Shown piece after piece: positions 1 to 10,030 of a stretch of DNA of 64,000 nucleotides. Location: the NCBI GenBank assembly GCA_010356995.1, contig ML996699.1, positions 527,697 to 591,696 of the forward strand, read 5' to 3'. The stretch is from Trichodelitschia bisporula. Taxonomy: Eukaryota. The first letter of the stretch is position 1. The number at the start of each line of letters is the position of its first letter. Below the pieces are notes generated by a model. The model did not search any database. It was not told the origin of the DNA and saw nothing but the letters and a program-made list of their open reading frames with translations. Both the position numbers and the translations under genes were made by a program.

Positions 1-219
1 TCACCGCTTGTCAGACAGCCATTTACGCGCGGAATGACGCCGCCGCGGAGCGCGCGGGGGGTTAAGCAACCGATCTTCAGTCCTGGGACCCCGGAGGGTG
101 AATTTAGAGGGATTGAGCGGGGATCTGCAGCTGTGCTGAAGAGCGTGGAAGTGGTGCAGAGGAATGATTCTGCACTGGGTACGAGTCCGGCCACGGAGCA
201 GAAGTCGGAGGGCGCTTAG
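1..219 (+). CDS. Probable 3' end of a gene entering from the left edge (unknown product)
   Basis: Frame 1 is open from base 1 to TAG at 217-219 (SPLVRQPFTRGMTPPRS...QKSEGA). It is G-rich like the 3' ends of other genes in this window. No recognisable domain. Confidence 0.4.
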   Translation, partial: SPLVRQPFTRGMTPPRSARGVKQPIFSPGTPEGEFRGIERGSAAVLKSVEVVQRNDSALGTSPATEQKSEGA

Positions 220-707
220 ACGGGAGCGTTTTTGGTGATTTGATGATACCCCGGACATGGGAGGTTATGTAGCGTCGATAGAACGTTGCAACTACACCTT
301 GCGGATCTCAGTGGAACTGAAAGCGCTTGTCTCGTGTCATCTTGAACAAATAAATGCTCATGTTGAGCGAATATTCCGGCACGAGATAGAGGTCAACAAT
401 TGCCCCTTTGGTCAGCCTTAGCATATTGCGGGTCGTGCGCACGGGCCACGTCGCCTGGGGCGGCGGCGCGTTGGTCAATGTTTGTTGCTCTTCGCTTGGC
501 TCTTTATTTACCCCCCGACGCCGCCACTTGAACGGCCCCTCGACACTCCGACACTGCAACATTGACACCTGCACGTCGACTGCTCCGTTTCCTTCTTCCT
601 CGACAATACTAACCCGGCAGCATACACTCAGCATCGCCTCGAAATCAAATCTTCCGACCTCATCCTTCTCGCAAAGTCTTCACACACGAAGCCTCAATTC
701 AATCAAC

Positions 708-1773
708 ATGGAGAACTACCAGAAGATGGAGAAGATTGGCGAGGGTAAGGCACTTGCTCGTTGCTGTCGGTGCCACCACTGACCGGCCAGGCACGTACGG
801 CGTCGTGTACAAGGCTCGGGACCTCACTCACAAGGATCAACGCATCGTCGCGCTGAAGAAGATCCGTCTCGAGGCGGAAGACGAGGGCGTTCCCAGCACT
901 GCGATCCGCGAGATCTCCTTGCTGAAGGAGATGAACAACCCCAATATTGTCCGTCTCTTCAACATTGTCCATGCCGATGGCCACAAACTCTATCTCGTGT
1001 TTGAGTTCCTGGATCTCGATCTCAAGAAGTACATGGAGTCTCTTCCCGTATCGGAGGGTGGTCGCGGCAAGCCCCTTCCTGACGGTTCGGGTCCAGCGCT
1101 GTCGACTCTCGGCCTGGGGCCTGACATGGTCAAGCGGTTCATGTCCCAGCTCACGCAGGGCATTCGCTATTGCCACGCCCACCGGATCCTTCATCGCGAC
1201 CTGAAGCCGCAGAACCTGCTGATCGACAAGGATGGAAACCTCAAGCTCGCCGATTTCGGTCTTGCTCGTGCGTTCGGTGTCCCCCTGCGCACCTACACCC
1301 ACGAGGTCGTCACGCTGTGGTACCGTGCTCCGGAGATCTTACTCGGCGGCCGCCAGTACTCGACCGGCGTCGACATGTGGTCCGTTGGCTGCATCTTCGC
1401 AGAAATGTGTACCCGCAAGCCGCTGTTCCCTGGAGACTCCGAGATTGATGAGATCTTCAAGATCTTCCGGTATGTTGTTCTTCCCATGTAATACTCAGTT
1501 GCTAATGCGACCAGTACTCTGGGTACTCCCACTGAGGATGACTGGCCCGGCGTCACCACGTTCCCCGACTTTAAATCGTCTTTCCCCAAGTGGCAACGTA
1601 ACTTCAATGCTCCGCTAGTGCCAGGTCTCGATGCCACGGGTACTGATCTGCTTGAGCACTTGCTGGTGTACGACCCTGCGGGCCGCATCTCCGCCAAACA
1701 GGCCTGCCACCACCCATACTTCTCAGGTGATGACGACGACTTCCCCTCCAACCGCATGTCAACTTATCGCTAA
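708..1773 (+). CDS. CDC28: Cyclin-dependent kinase 1 (Cdc28/Cdc2/NimX), 3 exons: 708-744, 791-1469, 1515-1773
   Basis: [45 protein letters not shown] and T-loop [14 protein letters not shown] motifs. GT-AG introns 745-790 and 1470-1514 restore the frame to TAA at 1771. Confidence 0.98.
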
Positions 1774-2288
1774 ACTTGGGGTTTCAGAATACTTCGAAGA
1801 AATGAACAAGGAGGAAGTGAATCGCGTTCGGCGTGGTCGCCATGAGTTTGCGCAGTCTCTGGAGCAGCTGGCTAAGTCCAGGTAGATGCAGTAGAAGGTG
1901 TGGTGTGAGGTACGCATGGACGGATATGCTGGATGGACACGGACACATGTATGGCGCGTGGTGGGTGGTTACATGGGCAATGACGGGTGTTTCTGCTTTG
2001 TAGTGCTTCCTTGCACGGCGATGATATGGCGTTCGGGATCCCGTAACTACTGCGTACGGTTAGGGTGTGTGGGTTCTGCGATATCTGCGAAGGCTTTCTT
2101 CTAACTCGTGCCCGTGCATGGTGTTACTGCTTCAATCCTCTCGGATGACGATGCACTGTGATAGATGTTCAGCCTGTCACTTCGCTAGGGTCTGTGATGC
2201 TAACCCCGCAATCCCCGACCTGAAACCACTGGACCTCAACTTCCACCCTACCACTAACCAGTATCAACATTCAATAACAACCACTACA

Positions 2289-3533
2289 ATGCCACCCCTC
2301 CCACCGCCGGCTACTCCCCGCTTAATTGTGTATCAACAAACACATCACACCCCCACCGGCACGCCAGTCTCCCTCCTACCCCTCCTAGCGCACAATACAG
2401 GCATAACCCACGTCTACATCGCCGCCATCCACCTCAACGACGGCGCCGGCAACATCACACTGAACGACCATGCCCCCTCGGACACCCGCTACACCCAGCT
2501 CTGGGCCGAAGTCAAAACACTTCAAGCCGCCGGCGTGCGCGTACTAGGTATGCTCGGCGGCGCCGCGAAGGGGAGCTTCACACGACTAGCGCAAGACGTG
2601 CGTTCCCTTCCCTCAACCTTCTCTCTCAACTAACCGCCCCAGTTCGACGCTTACTACCCCCCTCTACGTGCTCTCGTCCGCACGCACGCCTTCGATGGCC
2701 TCGACCTCGACGTCGAAGAGCGCACGCCGCTCTCGCTAATGACGCGGCTAATCGCCACATTACGCGCGGACTTCGGGCCCTCCTTCCTGATCACCCTTTC
2801 GCCTGTGCTACCCGCCCTGTTGCCACTGGCGGCCCCACTCACCAGCTTGTACCACCGGATGCTGCACCCAGAGGCACATCCGCCGCCCAACCCGCTCGTC
2901 TCGGCGATGTTACGGCCGGAGCTACTAGCGAATCCGCGGCACATCAGCGGGTTCAATTACCTAGCGCTCGGGGTGAGCGGGGTTGGGAAGGAGGTCGCGT
3001 GGTTCAATGTGCAGCATTATTGTGGGTGGGGGGATGCGGGGAGTCAGGAGGGATATCGGGCTATTGTTGCTGCGGGGTGGGAACCGGAGAGGGTGGTGCT
3101 TGCGGTGCTGACGGATCAGGGACATGGGAATGGGTGGGTGGAGGAGGGGAGGTTGGGACATTGTGTACGGGGTTTGAGGGGGGTGAGTGGGTTTGGGGGC
3201 GTGGCGGGGTGGGAGTACTATAAGGCGGGCTGTGGAGAGGGATGTGCAGAGCCGTGGGAGTGGGTACGGAGGGTAGGGGGGTGGTTGCGGGGAGAGGAAG
3301 GAGCGGGGCTGGGTCGGGCTGTGGTGGCTGCGACTACAACGACTAGAACGACGACAACGAAGACGGAGATAGTCACGGTGGTGGAAGGGGATCCCCAACC
3401 GCTGGCTCTCGTCGAGCAAGATATACAGTGGTTGATGGAAATGGGTGTTGATCGCGAGAGGGCGCGGTGGGCGCTCTTAAAGGCGGAGGGAAATGCAGAT
3501 CAGGCGGCTTGCCTGTTGTTTCCAGAGGAGTAG
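2289..3533 (+). CDS. GH18 endo-beta-N-acetylglucosaminidase (EndoT/Eng18-like, cytosolic) with C-terminal UBA domain, exons 2289-2597 and 2643-3533
   Basis: RLIVYQQT, ITHVYIAAIH, MLGGAAKGSF, catalytic FDGLDLDVEE (DxxDxDxE), HISGFNY, WFNVQHYCGWG and FGGVAGWEYY. No N-terminal signal peptide. The C-terminus EQDIQWLMEMGVDRERARWALLKAEGNADQAACLLF fits the UBA consensus. Confidence 0.85.
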
Positions 3534-3752
3534 GGAATGTATTATAAGGGGAGACGTGTAGTGCTAGAGCATAAGGACATGGGCGTTGGGTCTTAGCTGT
3601 GGGTTATGGCTCGCGGACATTTACTTGAGGACCGCACGGCATGAAAAGGGGTGCATTAATGATGGTTTTTGAAATAGCGATCCTCCCGTCCTCGTATGGG
3701 GTATCCAATGCAATAATGAACGCCACAAACTCCAGAGCAGAGAGACATCTCC

Positions 3753-6610
3753 TTACTCCTGTTCCTCATCCGATACCCGCTGCCACCCCCGCCCCGTCTC
3801 CACAAACCCAATCTCCATCAGCAGCGCCACCTGCTCAGACGTCGGTCTGGTAAGGTACCGGATGCGGGAATCACACCCCCCCTTGTTTAACCAGCCCTGC
3901 TTCTTCGTGATAGCTAACACAGCAGCAAAGCCCGTGCTCAGGACATTCGCATCATCCTCCGCCGTCCAGATCCCGCGCTTGCTCGGAAGCCCCTTGTCCG
4001 CAGACAGGGAGTGCAGGACTTGCTCTGCGGCCTTGCGACAGAATGCTCCGGCGTGAATTGCGAGCAGGATGTTGACCTGGGAGTGGCCTTCGTGGAGGCG
4101 GGCTTTGGCCCAGGCTCTGAAGTGGGGGGGGCCGGGGAGGGGGGTTGAGGTTCGGGGGTAGGAGTGGCGCACGGGAGAGGGTGGCGGAGTAGCGGTCCAA
4201 GACATACTGTCCGCGCGCAGCATGTCGGCCTGGGCTTCCACTTCGGGTGGGGCCTGTGTATCAACCTGCTCGCTGATCGCTTTACCAGATGGTGCGGCAG
4301 GAACGGGGTGTGTAGAGGCAGGGGCTGTGGTCTGCTCGGATAGCTCGGTGGTGGGGACGGGGTCCTCAGTCCGGGTTTCTGCTTCAGGCAGGGCTTGCGT
4401 GTCGATTTGCTTGTTGGTCGCTCCAACAGATGGCGCGGTAGAGGTCCAGGACATGCTGTCCTCGTGCAGCATCTCCGCCTGGGTTTCCGCTTCAAGCAGG
4501 GCCTGCGTGTCGACTTGCTCACTGGTCGTTCCAACAGATGGCGCGGTAGAGGTTGAGGACATGCTGTCCGCGCGCAGCGTCTTGGCCTGGGTTTCAGCTT
4601 CAGGTAGGGCCTGCGTGTCGGCTTGCTCGCTGGTCGTTCCAACAGATGGCGCGGTAGAGGTTGAGGACATGCTGTCCGCGCGCAGCGTCTCGGCCTGGGT
4701 TTCCGCTTCAGGCAGGGCCTGCGTGTCGACTTGCTGGCTGATTGTTCTACCGGACTCCGTGGTGGGGACGGCATTTACAGACGTGGGAGCGGAGGTCTGC
4801 TCGGATAGCTCGGTGGTGGGGATATGGTCCTCAGTCCGACTTCGGGACTTTTCAGTAGACAACTGTTCCGCGCTATCGAGCGTTCCGGAGGTAGCGCCGG
4901 AGCCTTCGGCGGCATTGAGGTTCCGTGTGAGGTTCGAATCAGACTGCAGGGGGGGCGCAGCAGGAGGATCGGATTCAGACTCTAGCGCTGGAGCAGCGAG
5001 AGATTCACTCGCATCCTTTACTGAAATCGTCGTCGGGGTCGTGGTACGACTCTGCTTACGGCCATCTTCCGAGGGGGCTAGTTAAGATTAGTATTATAGG
5101 GACTAGGAGAGGAGAAGGGAGGCTTACCTTGCTGGAATGGACCTCGAGGACACGGTATGCCCCACTTTGGGTGTGCGCAGTACGCCTCCCCGAATGCGGC
5201 CTGAATTTCTGGGGTAGTAAGGGCGTCGGGGATCTCTCTTGCCTGGAGGAAATCTGCAGCTTTATTAATATCCTGCGTATAGATATATTTTAGCGAACGC
5301 GCGGTCTTTGCGGCGCCATCTGCCTGTCTTATTCGAGCCCGGACGTAGTAGGCAAAGGAAATAAGTCTGCATATTTCGGGTATCCCGATAGACTTATCCG
5401 CATAACGCGCGAGTCGCCCTAGCGCGCGTGCGTACCCGAGACTCATTTCCTTGGCGCTACAGTATTGAAATGGGACGGTCGGGTCTGTAAACAGGCTTAT
5501 AAAATCCTCTCCGAAGGCGGTAACGCAGGAAGCAAGTTCAGCTTGCCGGCGTGACTGCGCGGTGCGTAAATCCGAGACTTTACATAGCTGCCAGCCAGCA
5601 GGAACATGTGTCATAAGCTCAGCTAGCGAAGAAGCCTCTGCTTTCCGAGGTGTAGAGTCGCCTTGTTCGGTTTCCTTGCGGGCGCGCTTCGCTGGAGAAC
5701 TGCGCAGGGTAGAGTCACCTTGTTCGGTTCCATTGCGGGCGCGCTTTGCTGGAGACCTCCGCGTTGTAAGATCATCATCGGGCGCCGACGAGTGATTCTC
5801 AGCGTCAGGCGAAGGCACGTCATGGGCGGCAGTTTGGTGGAGTTCCTCATCAGCTTTGTCTACATTGTCGCATTGAGGTTGATCGGCAGTTCCGTCAGCG
5901 GATTGAACTGTAGCACTAAAAGATCGATTCTGCTGCGCCTCGACTGCAGCCATGGCAGTAGCACGACCATTCTGCGTCTTATCCGCAGTCCCCGCCACAT
6001 CAACATCTTCCCAGCCCTTGGGTGGAGGCTTGCCTTGGAGGGTCTTAACGTAGCGGTTGCGCCATGATTGCCAGGTATGGCGGCGGTTGACGGCCTCGAG
6101 CTCCTTAAACATCTTGTTGCCTCTCTCGCTTGCCGTCGACGATTCTTCTCCATAGATCCACTTCCACAGAAACTTGTCGTCTTCAAGAGTGAAAGGCTCA
6201 CGTGTCGCCTTGCTAGGCTTAATGTCGCCAACTTCGCGCGCATCAACTGGACGGAGCAGGTGCTTCTCAAAGTCTTCCATAGCTCCATTCCGGATCGATT
6301 CTCGAATGAAGGAGGATGAAAGCGCGGTGGGCGGTGGAAGGGTCTTGTGGCCATCATAAATGCAGTACTCGGCTTCCTTCTCGACACGAGCTACTGTCCC
6401 GCCATATTTGCGGACATTGTCGAGAAGCTCCTTGCGATTCGGGGTGATTAGCGACACCCAAAACGAGTGCCGCTGGAAAATATTATTTGGGACATCCTTT
6501 CCAGGTACTGTTCGCAAGGTGACCGGACTTGATTTTGGCGGAATGGACTCAGTTTGCGCAGGAGCGGCGGCAGGAGTGGAGGAAGACGGAGGAGCTGGTT
6601 CGTCCGCCAT
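3753..6610 (-). CDS. RAP1: Rap1/TERF2IP-like telomere-associated protein (BRCT, Myb, Rap1 C-terminal domain), intron 5078-5127
   Basis: BRCT-like N-terminus (FWVSLITPNRKELLDNVRKYGGTV). Myb-like segment FTLEDDKFLWKWI...GNKMFKELEAVNRRHTWQSWRNRYVK. Rap1_C-like GLPSKRGIWTAEDD...GCDSRIRYL. A GTAAGC...CTAAT...TAG intron joins ORFs 5078-6610 and 3753-4862 in frame. Confidence 0.85.
4370..4740 (-). repeat. Coding tandem repeat, 108-bp unit (36 aa QVDTQALPEAETQAETLRADSMSSTSTAPSVGTTSE), about 3.5 copies plus a further diverged copy near 4200-4280
   Basis: CCAACAGATGGCGCGGTAGAGG recurs at about 4423, 4531 and 4639 (108-bp spacing). Confidence 0.92.
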
Positions 6611-7212
6611 GGCCAGATGTTCGGTGATGAACCGGTACTCAGCGTTCGAGGAGTAGATGACTGATAAGCTTGTTGACTAGAGGGACAAATTCTTCCCCAA
6701 CTGTTCGTAGTGGAATGATGTAAGGGAGAATGCGACGCGCTTGTGCGGGGAAGTGTTCCTGGTGAGCAGAAGTCTCCAAACAAGCTGCAGCAGTCTCTAG
6801 GAAGCTGGATGGAATTCAATGTGACACCCCAATGATTGATGGCGTAAAAGAAACATTCGAGGCACGTTAGGATGAGAGGGCAATAATGACCGAGGAGGGG
6901 AAGAGGTGATGTGATGGTCGATGTTGTAGCTGCTATTCCGTCCCCGGGTCGGACCGCGCCCGTCAAAGCTTTAGCCGCGCGGCGCGTTTGCAGGAGCCAG
7001 GACTGATTGGGTTAAGATGGTGCAGTCCTGCGCGGATCGGCGCGGCTAATCGCTGCGAAACAGCGGTCTGTTCGGGGCTCCTAGGGCAGGCCCCAGTAAA
7101 GCCGCAGGAAACTCCACGTCTAATGTTCGTCGCAATCGCGACGTCTGTCGTCACGTCCCCCCCAACGACCCTCGCCATGCGATAACATCGGGTTTCAAGC
7201 CCTTTCTACACC

Positions 7213-8495
7213 ATGGGTCTCGTCGCGAAGGTTGTGCTTGTTGTAGCTGGCATTTCCTTTATGACCTTCGTAGCTTTCTTTGGTCAACTCCCTGCATTCA
7301 GGTACGCGAACGCGCGGCTTTTCTAGCTGCCTAAACCATAGACATGCGCTGATTCCACTTCAGACGGACTCCCATCGCCTTCTTGCATCGCCTTCTCTGG
7401 GTCTATATACCCTACTACCTCGCGCGGCTAGACAATGTGGTTACTGGGGGCCGTCTCTCGCGCGTCTTCGCACGTACTTGGAACTACCTGTTGTACCGCA
7501 AACACCCTGTAGTTTTGGTATGTCCTTCGTACCTCAGATCTCCCGGCCTCTGACGCCTCCAGATATTCTTTCTCGGACTTCTTACCGGCTGCACGGTGAT
7601 GTTCCTACCCGCGGTATACCCCTACATCGCTTTGCGCCATAAGCTGCTCCTTGCCTTCCTCATTCCCTGGCCGTACGTTGCGACCTATGTTTGCACGCTC
7701 GCAAACCCTTCAGCGCCACACCTCATCAGCCCCGCCACGCACTCTGCCCATCTCACTTACTACCCCTATGACCACACACTCTACCACCCAGGCGTCATCT
7801 GCCGCACCTGTGATCTTCCCAAGCCTGCGCGCAGCAAGCACTGCTCACTATGTGGTACATGTGTCGCACGTGCCGATCATCATTGCATCTGGATCAACAA
7901 CTGCGTCGGACGTGGCAACTACAAATGGTTCCTGGCGCTGCTGGCCAGCATGTCAGTTAACCTCTCGTACGCCGCGTTCCTAGCCTACACGGTACTGGGA
8001 CCGCCAGTGCGAGAGCATTTTGCACGCTTCCCTCTGGATCACCAGCACTCGTTTGAAGGTCGTGAGGACCGGCTCGGTAGGCTGCTCGGCTGGGCTGAGG
8101 GGAAGGTCGATGTGTTTGGTACGGCAGTGCAGATTGGCGGCCTGGGGATCGGAGCCGTAGGGATGATGGCTACGATGACTGCGCCGCTACCGGCAGGTTT
8201 GCTCGCGTACCATGTCTATCTCATCTGGGCGGGGATGACGACGAATGAGAGCAACAAGTGGTCCGAGTGGGCAGAGGATGTGCGTGACGGACAGGTGTGG
8301 ACGGGAGAGATGGTGGAGCGAGATGCGTCCACGGGGACAGAGTGGCGCGGGCATGTCCTTGTCCGGACGCTCGGCGAGTACCCGCGCTGGGAAGACGGGA
8401 TTGAAGGCGGATGGAGGAGAGTGACGAGCATGCAGGAGGTGGTCAATATCTATGACCGAGGGTTTTGGGATAACCTTCGCGACGCCTTGGAGTAG
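7213..8495 (+). CDS. SWF1: DHHC palmitoyltransferase Swf1, exons 7213-7301, 7364-7517, 7563-8495
   Basis: CRTCDLPKPARSKHCSLCGTCVARADHHCIWINNCVG, the TTNE motif and NIYDRGFWDNL. The N-terminal FVAFFGQLPAFR|RTPIAFLH is typical of Swf1. Confidence 0.93.
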
Positions 8496-8679
8496 ATGAG
8501 CGTCTCCACCTTACTCGTCTTTTCGCTTTCCGCCGTTCGTCATTCTCCGTCTGTCGCCGGTCGTCACTTCCTTCACCCACGGCTGCCTGCCGACGCGCTC
8601 CTGCTGCTTTTACTGAACGGTTTGCGCCGCTCTTTCCTTACGACTTTCTTGGCGGAGTTTGTCAAGTGACAACTCCACC

Positions 8680-8830
8680 TGGGCTTCCTCTTCTTCAACC
8701 TTCCTCCTCCACCTCTTCCTCCCTCACCTCTTCCTCGTTCACCTCTTCCTCTTCCTCCTCCACTTCCTCCACCTCCACCACCACCGCCACTGTTCTTTAC
8801 TCCGTCTTCTTCACCGCCATCTCCTTTCCG
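8680..8830 (+). repeat. CT-rich low-complexity tract (CTT/CCT/CCA triplets) upstream of the hypothetical gene
   Basis: Directly visible pyrimidine-rich simple repeats. Confidence 0.7.
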
Positions 8831-8852
8831 ACACTTCATCGAAGCAACCGAT

Positions 8853-9578
8853 ATGGAACAGTCCAGGCACCGACCCAATCTGGGGAGGAACTGGCGTCAG
8901 CACGTTCGTGGCGAGGGCGGAGGCAATCAGCGAGTNNNNNNNNNNNNNNNNNNNNNNNNNNNNNNNNNNNNNNNNNNNNNNNNNNNNNNNNNNNNGTCAG
9001 CACGTTCGTGGCGAGGGCGGAGGCAATCAGCGAGTCCCTGGTGAGGATATGGGCAGTCAGCAGCCAAACTGGCGATATCCTTCCTCCAGTGACGCCGAGT
9101 TCTTGCAGAATGAGCGGGAGAAAACCGTCCATAAGCGCTATGACGAGCTTATGGCGGTGTATAAAGCGGGGGACAAGCAGCGGGCGAAGCTTTTGGCCCA
9201 GGCTCTCTTGCGGGAGGAGAGGGATCTCCCCCGCTTCATCTTCTCAAAAACCTGCCTGATTATTGCCCTCGTGGCCGATGACTGGCAGGAGGCTGAGGTA
9301 CGTACGCTTCTGCTGTTTCCGTTTCTTGTACTAAGGGACCGTAGAACTTCTACCAAAACGCCTTGCATTCTTACGAGATGGCTCTGGGGGTGGTCAAGCG
9401 CAACGGGGCTTACGGCGCATGTGAGCACATTCGGGACATCTACGACGCCTTGGACAAGCACCTCAAGCGCTTTGGCCCGGTGCACGCTGCAAGGAAGCCG
9501 GGTGAAGGCCGTGAGGCTGCGATTACTGCTGGTCCGCGTGTCATCAGTGCTCCTCAAGACAGTGACGAAGAGCTTTGA
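8853..9578 (+). CDS. Hypothetical helical protein spanning the assembly gap, intron 9298-9344
   Basis: Collapsing the 40-bp duplication around the gap joins MEQSRHRPNLGRNWRQHVRGEGGGNQR to VPGEDMGS...DDWQEAE in frame. A GTACGT...CTAAG...TAG intron then joins NFYQNALHSYEMALG...DSDEEL*. Confidence 0.6.
8936..8995. other. Assembly gap (60 N) flanked by an identical 40-bp direct repeat
   Basis: GTCAGCACGTTCGTGGCGAGGGCGGAGGCAATCAGCGAGT at 8896-8935 and again at 8996-9035. Confidence 0.97.
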
Positions 9579-10030
9579 AGGGGCCTACGAACTGGATCTC
9601 CCGAAAATGCCGCCCATAGCAACTAGATGAAATGACCATTTAGAAGCCTTCATGCCTTTTGATGTGCTATTATCGTCTCACTATTCAATACCGCATCATC
9701 GCGTTCTGGCTCCAGTTATCCCATGGACCAGCTGCTGTAGTAGGTGCATACGTCCAGGAATGATTCAGCAAAGAAAAAGCGCCCCGATCGTGCAGAGCCG
9801 CCATCCAGGGAGCAATAAAAGGCCCGTGAACTTCACATTTGATCACCAATGCTTGATGTAAGGCTCGTGAAGGCATCAACGCTAGCGAGAGGATCCGCAG
9901 TGAAGCCGCTAACAAGCACGCGGCGGAGCATTCCTCTTTGACGGGCGGCATCTGAAACACGAAATTCGCTGGGAGTTTATATTCAATCCTAACCATCTCC
10001 GTTTGCTTTATCACTAACCTCCCGCAGATT

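Noticed and set aside
1040..1125. Insertion [25 protein letters not shown] in CDK1
   Set aside because: A similar insert is a usual feature of filamentous-ascomycete CDK1 (NimX type), so it is not novel.
4222..5085. Long plus-strand ORF with repeats
   Set aside because: Antisense shadow of the Rap1 repeat exon.
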